A stretch of DNA of 64,000 nucleotides from an uncultured delta proteobacterium. GTDB lineage: Bacteria; Desulfobacterota; Desulfobacteria; Desulfobacterales; JAHEIW01. Of the stretch, positions 10,673 through 19,836 are shown piece after piece. The stretch lies in NCBI GenBank assembly GCA_963706575.1, contig CAVPNL010000015.1:1-64000 (forward strand), in the 5' to 3' direction. The translations under genes and the position numbers were made by a program. A model generated the notes under the pieces. It was not told the DNA's origin. It did no database searches and saw nothing but the letters and a program-made list of their open reading frames with translations. Every line of letters starts with the position of its first letter. The stretch's first letter is position 1.

Positions 10673-10833
10673 GATTGCTCCAAATGACATTTGTTAGGGC
10701 ATTTAAGTGAATGAGCCCTCTGAATATGAAATCCGGTATTAAATTACAATTTAAACTTAGAAAGTTAGCACGTGCGTTTTCGTTTTTCAATAATTAGATA
10801 CAGATTCTTGTTCTGCGGTTGCATCTGAAATGA

Positions 10834-10862
10834 TTGACACAAAAATAGGCCGATGTTATAGT
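10834..10862 (+). promoter_or_regulatory. Sigma70-type promoter
   Basis: TTGACA-N17-TATAGT upstream of the 10928 gene. Confidence 0.65.
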
Positions 10863-10927
10863 CAGATTCCCATTTGGGGCAGGTTTAAATTTCGGCGATG
10901 GATTAATAAAAGGATCAAAAGGTTACC

Positions 10928-11338
10928 GTGGCTGATATCATCTCTCTTGATAAAAAGCTCGATCTGGCCAAAGACAAAAAAGCGGCTTTAATTAGAAGGC
11001 GCAAGGTATTGGCCGTACAAAAGGTATTTCAGTGTACCCATTGCTCGCTGAAATGCGAAAAATGTGGCACCCAAATCGAGCATGACCCTGGCGCCGGTGA
11101 AAAGCATCGCCGAAATCTAAGAGTTCCCTACAACTTCTGTAAGGGATGCTCTGAAGAATATTTGGAGTATATCGAACGCTTAAAGGGCCGGGAGGATTCT
11201 GACTGTTACTGGCACAACGAGGCCTGGATCGATGCCTGGGCGAAATGGATTGCATATCAAAGCAGTGTTGACCGCTATATCAAATCAAAAGAATTCAAAC
11301 AGCTGCTCGATGAACTGAAACAAGCAAGGCCCGAATAA
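10928..11338 (+). CDS. Hypothetical Cys-rich protein
   Basis: 136-aa ORF with CTHCSLKCEKC and CKGC; promoter upstream; 12 bp before tatA. Confidence 0.7.
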   Translation: MADIISLDKKLDLAKDKKAALIRRRKVLAVQKVFQCTHCSLKCEKCGTQIEHDPGAGEKHRRNLRVPYNFCKGCSEEYLEYIERLKGREDSDCYWHNEAWIDAWAKWIAYQSSVDRYIKSKEFKQLLDELKQARPE

Positions 11339-11350
11339 TTAGGAGGTATT

Positions 11351-11533
11351 ATGTTTGGAATTGGCATGCCGGAACTGATTATCATACTGGTAATCATTCT
11401 GATTATATTTGGCGCCGGGAAACTGCCTGAAATCGGTGCAGGAATGGGTAAGGCCATCCGAAATTTCAAGGGTGAGTCAGACGAGGAAGAAAAGAAAGAT
11501 CCCGAAAAAATTGAAGAGGAAAAAAAGGAATAG
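11351..11533 (+). CDS. tatA: Twin-arginine translocase TatA/E subunit
   Basis: [47 protein letters not shown]. Confidence 0.95.
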   Translation: MFGIGMPELIIILVIILIIFGAGKLPEIGAGMGKAIRNFKGESDEEEKKDPEKIEEEKKE

Positions 11534-11748
11534 AATCCAAAGCTACCTTAAACCGCAGCCGGCCCCACAGCGCAAGTCACCGTTTAACACACCCAACCTC
11601 AGACCTAAAATGAGCGATTGCCGATCTTATGCTGCCCGAGGCGGATCTTCGATCTCGACATCACTCCTTATTAGAACCCATCTGAAAAATAGGATTCACT
11701 GAACCCTGCGTCGGCAAAACGCAATCATTGATTTTATTTGCAGCGCGC

Positions 11749-12708
11749 CTATTCAGGGTTGAGCGTGGTTTTGAGCTCGCGAGTAAGAAGGGGTACAATT
11801 TCAAAAAGATCCCCCACAATTCCATAGTCGCAGTGCTGCATCATGGCGGCCTGAGGGTCGGTGTTGATGGCAACAACTACTCCGGATGTCTTCATACCGG
11901 CAAAATGCTGGACCGAACCCGAGATCCCACAGGCGATGTAAAGATTTGGGCTCACCGTCGTCCCCGTTTGGCCCACTTGCATCGAATGGGGGACCCAGCC
12001 GGCATCCACCGCAACGCGCGAGGCACCAACCGCCGCACCCAGAACATCTGCACATTCACGCAGGATCCTGTAATTTTCAGCATTGTGCAGGCCCCGGCCA
12101 CCGGAGATAATGATCTGGGCCTCAGACAGATCCATTGTGCCGGCGGAATCTTGCTTAACGGCTTCAACCCTTAAAGATTCATCGCCAATTTGCGTTTGCA
12201 GGGACAAAACTGTTGCCGTAACGGGTGAGGGGTGCGCTGTGATCACGTTGGGGCGGATACCGAAAAGATAGTGGACCCCGCGCAGTTTAAAAGTTGCAAT
12301 GGTTTTGCCGGAAAATTGAGATTTTTCCGCCGTTAAGGTTTCAAGATCGACGCCAATGCAATCCAACAAAAGCGGTGCATCCAGGATGGCAGCGATCCGG
12401 GGAAACAGGTCTTTTGTCTGCGAAGTGGTAAGACCGAATAATATGTTGATCCCAAGCTGTTCCATGACCTGAACGATTGCCCTGGCCCAGTTATCCGGAT
12501 TCCAGCTCAACAGTCCTTCAGCTGATTGAATATTAACAATCTTGTGGATACCGTAATCCTGCATTTGGTCCCGGTACGCAGCACCTTTGCCGTCAAACAC
12601 CAGACCATAGAGCTCGTGCTCCGGCCCCCTCGCAGCCGTGATAACGCCGTTCAATGCCGGTTTGACGCCGGCTGCGTTGGTTTCTATGAGAAGCCCGATT
12701 TTTTGCAT
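11749..12708 (-). CDS. etfA: Electron transfer flavoprotein alpha subunit (copy 1)
   Basis: ISGGRG, GASRVAVDAGW, QVGQTGTTVSP, LYIACGISGSVQH, AINTDPQA. Confidence 0.92.
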   Translation of the reverse strand: MQKIGLLIETNAAGVKPALNGVITAARGPEHELYGLVFDGKGAAYRDQMQDYGIHKIVNIQSAEGLLSWNPDNWARAIVQVMEQLGINILFGLTTSQTKDLFPRIAAILDAPLLLDCIGVDLETLTAEKSQFSGKTIATFKLRGVHYLFGIRPNVITAHPSPVTATVLSLQTQIGDESLRVEAVKQDSAGTMDLSEAQIIISGGRGLHNAENYRILRECADVLGAAVGASRVAVDAGWVPHSMQVGQTGTTVSPNLYIACGISGSVQHFAGMKTSGVVVAINTDPQAAMMQHCDYGIVGDLFEIVPLLTRELKTTLNPE

Positions 12709-12735
12709 GAAGATCAATCTCCATCTTCGCCCAAT

Positions 12736-13503
12736 TCAAATGACCTTTGCCTCTTCCCGTAAAAGCACGACCAGCTCCTTCACGGCCTTCTCGGGCGGAC
12801 CTTCAATGATTTTACCCCGGCGTTTTTCAACTGCCGGGCGCAATTCAACAATCTCCATACTTCCGGCCGGGGAGTCCAGGTCGAGGCTGTCAAGGGTAAT
12901 GGTTCGAATCGGCTTTTTGCGGGCCTTCATGATATCGGGAAGGGTGGGATAGCGGGGCTTATTCAATGCTTTGCCGGCACCGACGATGCACGGCAGCGAC
13001 ATCCGGATGACCCCGATACTGCCGGCATCCATTTTACATTCTGCGGTAACAAACCGGCCTGCGATCTTGAAAGCGACGACATTGCTGACCACCGGAACTT
13101 TCAGGGCCGCCCCCAGCCGGAACATGGTTTGAAAGCCTTCACTGTCAATGGCTTCGTTGCCGCTAAAGATGATATCCGGCTCGCCATCCTGTTCAATGGC
13201 CGCTTTCAGAGCCCGGGCCGTAACCATGCTGTCCGGGCTGTAATCGCTGCGGATCAGGATCCCCCGGTCCGCCCCCATGGCCAAAGCGGATTGCAGCGTG
13301 GATTCGGCCGCCTCTTTTCCCAGGGTCACGGCAATGATCTCCGCATCAGCAACCTGCTTTTTAAGCCCGGCGGCCGCTTCAATAGCATTTTCGTCATACG
13401 GATTGATGATAAATGTTACCTTTTCATCAATCTGGTTGTTCCCGATGATGGTAATCTTGGCCGCCGTGTCGGGGACATGTTTGACGCAAACGTAGATTTT
13501 CAT
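12736..13503 (-). CDS. etfB: Electron transfer flavoprotein beta subunit (copy 1)
   Basis: MKIYVCVKHVPD, INPYDENAIE, ALAMGAD, NKPRYPTL. True start is 13503; the ORF-track extension runs through repeat DNA. Confidence 0.92.
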   Translation of the reverse strand: MKIYVCVKHVPDTAAKITIIGNNQIDEKVTFIINPYDENAIEAAAGLKKQVADAEIIAVTLGKEAAESTLQSALAMGADRGILIRSDYSPDSMVTARALKAAIEQDGEPDIIFSGNEAIDSEGFQTMFRLGAALKVPVVSNVVAFKIAGRFVTAECKMDAGSIGVIRMSLPCIVGAGKALNKPRYPTLPDIMKARKKPIRTITLDSLDLDSPAGSMEIVELRPAVEKRRGKIIEGPPEKAVKELVVLLREEAKVI

Positions 13504-13562
13504 CTTCGTTTCCAGGTTGCGATTCATTAAGGGTTTAAATGTTGATCGGTGGAATGTGAACA

Positions 13563-13632
13563 AGGTGTCAGTGTTCAGGTGCCAGGTGTCAGCTTTGCAT
13601 TCCTGACACCTGACATCTGACACCCGAAACCT
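13563..13632. repeat. Inverted 7-bp repeat array (GGTGTCA / TGACACC family)
   Basis: AGGTGTCAGTGTTCAGGTGCCAGGTGTCAG ... CTGACACCTGACATCTGACACCCGAAACCT; related arrays at 28676-28873, 38445-38475 and 48458-48486. Confidence 0.7.
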
Positions 13633-13697
13633 ATAAAAAAAGAGGGCTAATAACCTTTCGAGCAACGAATAAGCGTTGCCGCTCAACGATGGAATTC

Positions 13698-15035
13698 TTA
13701 ACCGTTTACCGAAAAACTGCTATCCGGGTTGATCTCCCGATTACGGGAAAAGAATCCAACGTCGATAGAGCGCTTAATATGGCGCAGGGTAAATTGAAAG
13801 GGCTCTTTGTCGTGATCCAGACCCTTTTCGCAGGCGTCGATCAATTCCGCCATCATGGCGCCCACAACCGGGGCGTTTTTATACTGATTGCCGCTGGTAC
13901 CGTTGGCCAGGTAGAAACCCTTCATATCGGATTTGTCATAGATCGGAATCCAATCATCCGAACAGTCATAAAGATCGCAGACCCCCCGGGGCTGGTTGGG
14001 TATCTGCATGCTGGGCACCCGCTTGGCGCAGCGGTAAGTTTGGGCTTTCCACTGGGCTTCGGAGAGTTCGTTGGTCCGCCCGGGCTCCCCTTGCCCGGCA
14101 TAAAACTCATCCGGATCGACCCACTCCTGGGGATCACATTCCGGATCCTCGCTGCCGATCAGAAACATGTTGCCGCTTTCCGGGCGATAATAGCACCCGA
14201 TATCGCCGTCGGAGGTATGGTAACCATCGTTCAGATAGTCGTATCCTTCCGGGGATGGGCAATGCATCACCTCGTGCCGCAGGGCCTTGGTTTTGATGTT
14301 ACACCCTTCATAGACGCCTTCGGCCATCTGATTGATTTTGTAAGAGTGCGGGCCGGCGGCGTTAACCACCACCGCTGCGTCTATCTCGGTCCCGTCTTTA
14401 AGCGTCACACCCAGCACCTGATTGTCCTGACTTCTGATTGCGGCAACCTCGGCGTTGAAAATAAATTCAGCTCCCTTGGCTTCGGCCGCCCGCATGATAT
14501 TGTGGGTGGACAACGCCGGATCATTGACGTAACCGCCTTCGGGACAAAAAAGCGCGCCCTCGAGCATTTTGGTGGGTTCATCAAAAAACTTGGGGTCTTC
14601 GGGCCGTCGCACCGGCCAAAACTCGTGCAAATCATAAACCGGCACCGCCTCATTGACTCGCTCGTTACTCCACTCTTCGTACTGCACCCCCACGGCATCG
14701 TAATGTTTCTTGACTTTACGCCAGTCATGCCCCTGGGATTTGAGCAGAATGGAACCCGTATTCATATATTTGGCCAGGCCCTTTTCATCCGTTACATGGC
14801 CCAGGTAATCCTCCCATTCCAGCCAGTATTTGAAACCTTCATAGGCCATGGCCACACCATCCTCGGTGGAGTAGTGGGCCCTGACGATGGCGCAGGATGC
14901 TGCGGTGGAGCCTTCACCGGCATCAGACAGCTTGTCGATATTAAGCGTCTTATAACCCATCTGGGTCAGCTCATAGGCAATGGGACTCCCGATAATGCCC
15001 GCCCCGATGATGATCGCATCATACTTTTTAGTCAT
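13698..15035 (-). CDS. FAD-dependent amine oxidoreductase (DAO / sarcosine oxidase beta-like)
   Basis: IIGAGIIG dinucleotide fold, GSTAAS, VVNAAGP, DWIPIYD, GTSGNQYKNAP; RBS GGAGG. Confidence 0.82.
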   Translation of the reverse strand: MTKKYDAIIIGAGIIGSPIAYELTQMGYKTLNIDKLSDAGEGSTAASCAIVRAHYSTEDGVAMAYEGFKYWLEWEDYLGHVTDEKGLAKYMNTGSILLKSQGHDWRKVKKHYDAVGVQYEEWSNERVNEAVPVYDLHEFWPVRRPEDPKFFDEPTKMLEGALFCPEGGYVNDPALSTHNIMRAAEAKGAEFIFNAEVAAIRSQDNQVLGVTLKDGTEIDAAVVVNAAGPHSYKINQMAEGVYEGCNIKTKALRHEVMHCPSPEGYDYLNDGYHTSDGDIGCYYRPESGNMFLIGSEDPECDPQEWVDPDEFYAGQGEPGRTNELSEAQWKAQTYRCAKRVPSMQIPNQPRGVCDLYDCSDDWIPIYDKSDMKGFYLANGTSGNQYKNAPVVGAMMAELIDACEKGLDHDKEPFQFTLRHIKRSIDVGFFSRNREINPDSSFSVNG

Positions 15036-15153
15036 GATAAAACCTCCCTGTACATTAGTCTAACCGAAGGTGATCGCTCAACTTGGGTTTTAGATTACAT
15101 TCTTCAATAAAGCGGATCTTTCATACCACATCTAATGCTAAAATAACACCTAT

Positions 15154-15627
15154 TCAAAATTTGACGAAAGCGGGGTTACAAATTTTTTTCAAGTCCCAGG
15201 CTTTTATTTTAAAGGATTTGTCATGCACACCGGGATTGAAATAAATGAAGTCTTTTTTGGTCAATGCCGGATCCATATAGATCGGCAAAGAAGTAAAATG
15301 ACCGAAGGGCGGCACACACCCCACTTCACAACCCACCGCCTCGCTGACCTCTTCGGGCTTGGCAAAAGAAACTTTTTTGGTCTTGGCCCCGGCGGCAGCC
15401 TTTTTCCAGTCGACCTTCTTATCCCCCGGCAACACCAGAACAATCAGCTGGCCCTCTTTGGTTTTGAGCACCAGGGATTTTACGGTTTCGGATTCGCTGA
15501 CATTTAATGCCTCGGCCATGGCCGGATTGGTATAAACCGGTTCGTGCTCAACAATTTCATAACCAATTTTCTTTTCTTCAAGGGCCGAAACAATTTTTTC
15601 CTCTAATGTCATGGTTCGCTCCATCAT
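15154..15627 (-). CDS. YbaK/EbsC/ProX family aminoacyl-tRNA deacylase
   Basis: HEPVYT, conserved Lys in VKSLVL, GCVPPFG (GxxxP loop), FNPG. Confidence 0.85.
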   Translation of the reverse strand: MMERTMTLEEKIVSALEEKKIGYEIVEHEPVYTNPAMAEALNVSESETVKSLVLKTKEGQLIVLVLPGDKKVDWKKAAAGAKTKKVSFAKPEEVSEAVGCEVGCVPPFGHFTSLPIYMDPALTKKDFIYFNPGVHDKSFKIKAWDLKKICNPAFVKF

Positions 15628-15656
15628 TCATAGGTGAATTTAATAACGCTTAATAC

Positions 15657-15680
15657 AACCCATCTCAAATGAGATGGGTT
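15657..15680. repeat. Perfect hairpin formed by two fused AACCCATCTCA element ends
   Basis: AACCCATCTCA-AA-TGAGATGGGTT; the same end (TAGAACCYATCTSAAAA) recurs at 11672, 26805 and 40733. Confidence 0.6.
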
Positions 15681-15684
15681 CTGG

Positions 15685-16326
15685 TTAAGTTGATAACGTT
15701 TCGATCCAACGCATAAAAGCCGTTTCGCCGGCCGGCTGCAGGCCGAATTCCTCGCCGGCAGCCAAAATGGCATGGGTCATATCCCGGGCGTAGCCTCTGG
15801 AGCATGTCAGCAAAATGCCGGATCTCTCGGTTGTTCTCTCTAAAGTAACCACCTGGCAGGGTACGTGCGAAAACGGCCCCTGCAAAAGATACGGTGCTGA
15901 CTTGGAGGGGTCGGCGAAATCAAGGGCCGATAATTTTTCAGCTACCGCAAAGATGTTTGGGCCCACCAACCCTAAGAACACGGTGACGTCGGTGGTATCC
16001 GTGTAAGCCGGTCCATCGGGCGCAGCCGGATTTTCTGCGCTCAGATGCCAGATCGATGCCTGGGTCCGGTTCATGCGGTTTACCAGAATGCCGTTTTCAA
16101 AAACACATTGTCCCGGCGTGTTCGGAACACCGATGCCCAGAGGCTGAAAACTTGACAGGTCCGCGTCTTGCAGGTCCCATCGGGCGCGGTGGCTCAGGTC
16201 GAATAAATGAGGCCCCTCTCCTTCAGCCTCATATTCCAGGACCACGGTCCAGTGATCGCGCATATCTGTTTTTAAAGATTTGCCGGTAAAAGATACCGGA
16301 GATTGTCGTTTGATTTCAGCAGCCAT
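15685..16326 (-). CDS. soxG: Sarcosine oxidase gamma-like subunit
   Basis: GcvT-fold-like LFDLSHR..., YTDTTD, SRGYA; immediately downstream of soxA in BDAG order. Confidence 0.75.
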   Translation of the reverse strand: MAAEIKRQSPVSFTGKSLKTDMRDHWTVVLEYEAEGEGPHLFDLSHRARWDLQDADLSSFQPLGIGVPNTPGQCVFENGILVNRMNRTQASIWHLSAENPAAPDGPAYTDTTDVTVFLGLVGPNIFAVAEKLSALDFADPSKSAPYLLQGPFSHVPCQVVTLERTTERSGILLTCSRGYARDMTHAILAAGEEFGLQPAGETAFMRWIETLST

Positions 16327-16333
16327 TTTCACC

Positions 16334-19252
16334 TCACATGCTTAACCGTTTGCCTTCCGGGTCGTAAAAGGGGGTCGGCGCCACCGTTGCATAAAGATGC
16401 TGACCGTTGCACTCGTCTTCAAAAATTTGCAAGCGCGTTCCTTCTGCGGCCAACTCTGCATCCACCAGTGCCATTCCGACGGGTTCTTTCAATGCAAAAC
16501 TGTGGCGGGCAACACACACATATCCCCTGATGCGGCTGTCCACAATGATGGATCCGTCTTTCGGGGCCCGGGAAGGATCCTCCATTTTAAATCCCACCAG
16601 CTTCAAACGCCCCTCCTGATTCTCGGTCTCCTTCAGTGCCACAGCGCCCACTGTTTTGGCCTCTGATTTGCTGCGGTCCCACAAAAAGCCCAGGCCGACA
16701 TCGTGAAGCGTCGTTCGCTGCTCGGATTCGGAACCGATAATCAGGTGGCATTTTTCCATGCGCAACACATTTTGAGCTTCCAGCCCGAAATGGCGAATGC
16801 CGAATTCTTGGCCGGCTTCCATCAACAAATCCCACAGGGACTGCATATAGGATGAGGCAACATGCAATTCGTAAGAAAGCTCACCCACAAAACCCAGACG
16901 CATCGACCTTACCGGTATGGTATTTTTAATCATAAATTCGCGATAGCCGGCATATGGAAAGGCCGCATGGGAAACATCCGCATCCGTGACTTTTTCGAGC
17001 ACCTTGCGCGCATTGGGCCCGGCAAGGTTAATCACCCCGAAGGCGTCGCTGAGATTGACCATGTGAAAATCCCAGCCGTCATAACGGGTGTGGTATCTGA
17101 GCCATTCGACCGTGGCGCCGGCCCGGGCGGTGGAGGTGGTAAAATAATAGTCGTTTTCAGCGCGCTTAACCACCACACCGTCATCGATAATACAGGCGTC
17201 ATCATTGCACATGGCCGAATATTTGACTTTACCGTCGGATAGCCGGGACATGTCGCTGACGTAAACCCGCTGCAAGGCTTTCAGGGCATCGGGCCCCCAG
17301 AGTCGGAATTTGCCCAGAGTGGAGGCATCGAGCAAGCCCACATTCTCCCGAACATTTTCGATTTCTTCACGGCAGCTGAAGTCCCGGGAAAAATAGCGTG
17401 CCCGTTTCCAGACGCCAATGCGCCGGATGACACCGCCGGCGGCTTTTTGAGAATCGTGAACCGGTGTACGCTTGCACATATCGTGGTTTGTACCGGCATA
17501 GGTGGCGATAAAGGTGGGAACCAGAGGTACCCGCACGGTGGTCGGCATGGCCGTCGCATTTGTATCGCCGTGATATTGCGCCACAAAAAGCGGAAGATTG
17601 TGCCCGGGTATGCCCCCCTGACCGGGCCCGGTACCGGCCGCGGTAAAGCGCTTGATAAGTTCGGTGGCATCAAAGCCCATGGCCAGGGCCTGTTTTACAT
17701 TTTTGATAGTGGTATCTTCGTCAAAACAGATAAATGTTTTACGACCGTCAACCGGCGCCGTCACCAATTTACAGCCTTTGTCGGGACCCGGTAAATGATT
17801 GAGGTTTTTGCGGGCATCTTTTAGCTGGCTTTCAACGGACGCGCCGCAATCGGCAGCCGCTAAAGTGCCGGCCAGCCATCCCGAGGCTTCAATCGCATTC
17901 GGGTGATTGAGGCCCAGCAAGCGACCGGCAACCTGTACTTTGGCCGGGCGCTTTTGGGGAAGGAAATAACCGGTGTGAGGATCATAGGCCAGCTTTGCCT
18001 GGGCCAGAGAGAGCGGGCCGGTTAAGGGCGTCATCCCGGCTGAAGCGACCAGCAGGTCGCAGGCAAATTCTTTCTTAAGGGTACCCGGAATCGTTGCCAG
18101 TGTAGCTTTATTCAGGGTTTTCTTTCCATGGGCGTGCGTGGCGACCCATCCCCTCAAAAATGGAATGTTGCGCTCAGCCAGCCCCGCAAGCAGCGCGGGA
18201 TCCTGGCCGTCTTCGCGGATATCGGCCACACATAACACCTCAAGGCCCAGGTCAAACAGATCCAGCGCCGCTTCCAGGCCCAAGTCATGGCCAATGCTGA
18301 AAACCGCCTGTTTGCCCGGCAGCAGGCCGTATGTCCGGGCCAGCCGATGCGCACAGTTGATCTGCATGACACCGGGCCGCTCGTTGTTTTCAAAAAGCAG
18401 CGGGCGCTCGATGCAGCCCGTAGCCACCACCACACTGGTGGCCCGGATTTCAAGATAGCGCTCATCAAAATTATCGGCATCAAGCCCTTTCTGAAACGCG
18501 GTGACCAGGTTGTTGTTATAGACGCCTACTGCGGCGGTTTGGGTAAATATGCGAATATTTGATATCTGCTCAAGTTTGTCCGCCATCTGCCGGGCACTTT
18601 GAGAAAGCGGTACCCCGGCATCATTTTGCGCCTTGCGATAATCAAAAAAGCCCCCCAGCCAGGGCCGGGATTCCAGCAGGATGACCCGCAGCCCGTGTTC
18701 GGCTGCTGCCAGGGCCGCCGACATGCCCGCCGGCCCCCCGCCGATGATGCACACATCCGCTTTGGGATAAATCTCATCGTAGGCACCGGGCATCTCAAAA
18801 TTGGCAGAAATTTTACCCAGGCCGGCGGCCTTACGCACCTGCTTGAGGGCAACGGGCCATATGCGGGCCGGCTTGTGCATCGTGCGGTAATAAAATCCGG
18901 CCGGCATTGCCCAGTCCAGTTTATCCATGAACCCCTTCAGATCCGTTTCCGCAGAGCCCACAACATTTTGCGCTTTAACACGCAGGTCCTCTTTCAGGAG
19001 GGTGTTTTCAGCACATACATTGGGGATGCCGTTGACCTGCATGCAGGTATTGCTGCTTTCAGCGTCAAGGCTGTAAAGACCCCGGGGACGATGATATTTC
19101 AAGCTGCGCCCGAAGATACGAATACCGTTGGCATAAAGAGCGGTGGCAACCGTATCGCCGCTGACACCTTGCAGCGATTTTTTCTTATACTTAAAAGAAA
19201 TGGATTGAGCCGGGTTGATTCGCAGCGTGGACAGTTTTTCCAACCTGTTCAT
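16334..19252 (-). CDS. soxA: Sarcosine oxidase alpha-like subunit (FAD/NAD domain plus folate-binding GcvT domain)
   Basis: GDTVATALYANG, RSLKYHRPRG, PAGFYY, GGGPAG, ATGCIERP, FENNERPGVM, LIKRFT..GTGPGQG, DASTLGK, GFVGELSYE, LRMEK, PFYDP. Confidence 0.92.
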   Translation of the reverse strand: MNRLEKLSTLRINPAQSISFKYKKKSLQGVSGDTVATALYANGIRIFGRSLKYHRPRGLYSLDAESSNTCMQVNGIPNVCAENTLLKEDLRVKAQNVVGSAETDLKGFMDKLDWAMPAGFYYRTMHKPARIWPVALKQVRKAAGLGKISANFEMPGAYDEIYPKADVCIIGGGPAGMSAALAAAEHGLRVILLESRPWLGGFFDYRKAQNDAGVPLSQSARQMADKLEQISNIRIFTQTAAVGVYNNNLVTAFQKGLDADNFDERYLEIRATSVVVATGCIERPLLFENNERPGVMQINCAHRLARTYGLLPGKQAVFSIGHDLGLEAALDLFDLGLEVLCVADIREDGQDPALLAGLAERNIPFLRGWVATHAHGKKTLNKATLATIPGTLKKEFACDLLVASAGMTPLTGPLSLAQAKLAYDPHTGYFLPQKRPAKVQVAGRLLGLNHPNAIEASGWLAGTLAAADCGASVESQLKDARKNLNHLPGPDKGCKLVTAPVDGRKTFICFDEDTTIKNVKQALAMGFDATELIKRFTAAGTGPGQGGIPGHNLPLFVAQYHGDTNATAMPTTVRVPLVPTFIATYAGTNHDMCKRTPVHDSQKAAGGVIRRIGVWKRARYFSRDFSCREEIENVRENVGLLDASTLGKFRLWGPDALKALQRVYVSDMSRLSDGKVKYSAMCNDDACIIDDGVVVKRAENDYYFTTSTARAGATVEWLRYHTRYDGWDFHMVNLSDAFGVINLAGPNARKVLEKVTDADVSHAAFPYAGYREFMIKNTIPVRSMRLGFVGELSYELHVASSYMQSLWDLLMEAGQEFGIRHFGLEAQNVLRMEKCHLIIGSESEQRTTLHDVGLGFLWDRSKSEAKTVGAVALKETENQEGRLKLVGFKMEDPSRAPKDGSIIVDSRIRGYVCVARHSFALKEPVGMALVDAELAAEGTRLQIFEDECNGQHLYATVAPTPFYDPEGKRLSM

Positions 19253-19509
19253 GATTGCGCCTCCGATTTTTCTACCTCAAGATTACATGTCGTGTCCCGA
19301 TAAGTCGTGAACCAGACGCCACAGCCATCCCGATGACACCACCATTCCTTTTGTATTCCGGCCGTGCAGTTATTCAGGTGCACATAATCGCACCAGCTTT
19401 GCGGCGTAAGATCCGACTCAGCCGGCCGGGGCCCCTTATCTTCTCCGCCATAGCGGAATTCATAACCGTTGCGCTTACCGCATACGGGACAGGTGAGAGT
19501 CAAAGCCAT
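19249..19509 (-). CDS. soxD: Sarcosine oxidase delta subunit
   Basis: CPVCGKR...EFRYGG, EWWCHRDGCGVWF..RDT (Cys3His zinc site); overlaps the soxA start. Confidence 0.92.
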   Translation of the reverse strand: MALTLTCPVCGKRNGYEFRYGGEDKGPRPAESDLTPQSWCDYVHLNNCTAGIQKEWWCHRDGCGVWFTTYRDTTCNLEVEKSEAQS

Positions 19510-19522
19510 GATGTCGTCTCCT

Positions 19523-19810
19523 TAAGTGAGCTAAAGTTACGAGTGATCTAAAGTGCCTAAAGTTAAGGAATCCTGTCCTTTTTATATTATTGCTCACGCA
19601 AAGCCGCTAAGTCGCAAAGAATGATAATCTAAACAATAAAAAACCTTGGCGTCTTTGCGGCTTTGCGTGAGGCCAAAAGTAGGGTCGGCCTCCGTGCCGA
19701 CCTCTGACCGGCGGGCGCAGAGGCCCGCCCTACTTCGATTTTGAATACTGCGACATTCGATATTCCTTGTTCGGTGTTCTGCGGTTCAAATTATATTAAC
19801 TTTAGGTGAA
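19523..19810. repeat. Stacked composite of several small repeat families between soxB and soxD
   Basis: 9-mer array 19523-19565; CTCACGCAAAGCCGC...GCGGCTTTGCGTGAG palindrome 19593-19671; GTAG REPIN 19679-19733; TTCGATA-like tract; closing AACTTTAGG. Confidence 0.75.
19679..19733. repeat. GTAG-type REP doublet (REPIN-like), copy 1
   Basis: GTAGGGTCGGCCTCCGTGCCGACC-TCTGACC-GGCGGGCGCAGAGGCCCGCCCTAC; near-identical at 38369-38423 and 48510-48564. Confidence 0.85.
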
Positions 19811-19836
19811 ACAAACCTTGTTAAATATCTAAAAGT

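Noticed and set aside
13689..15110. Long antisense ORFs (473 aa here; also 24757..25941, 29663..30514, 38816..39550, 26811..27497)
   Set aside because: They mirror well-supported genes on the opposite strand and show no recognisable motifs; typical shadow ORFs.
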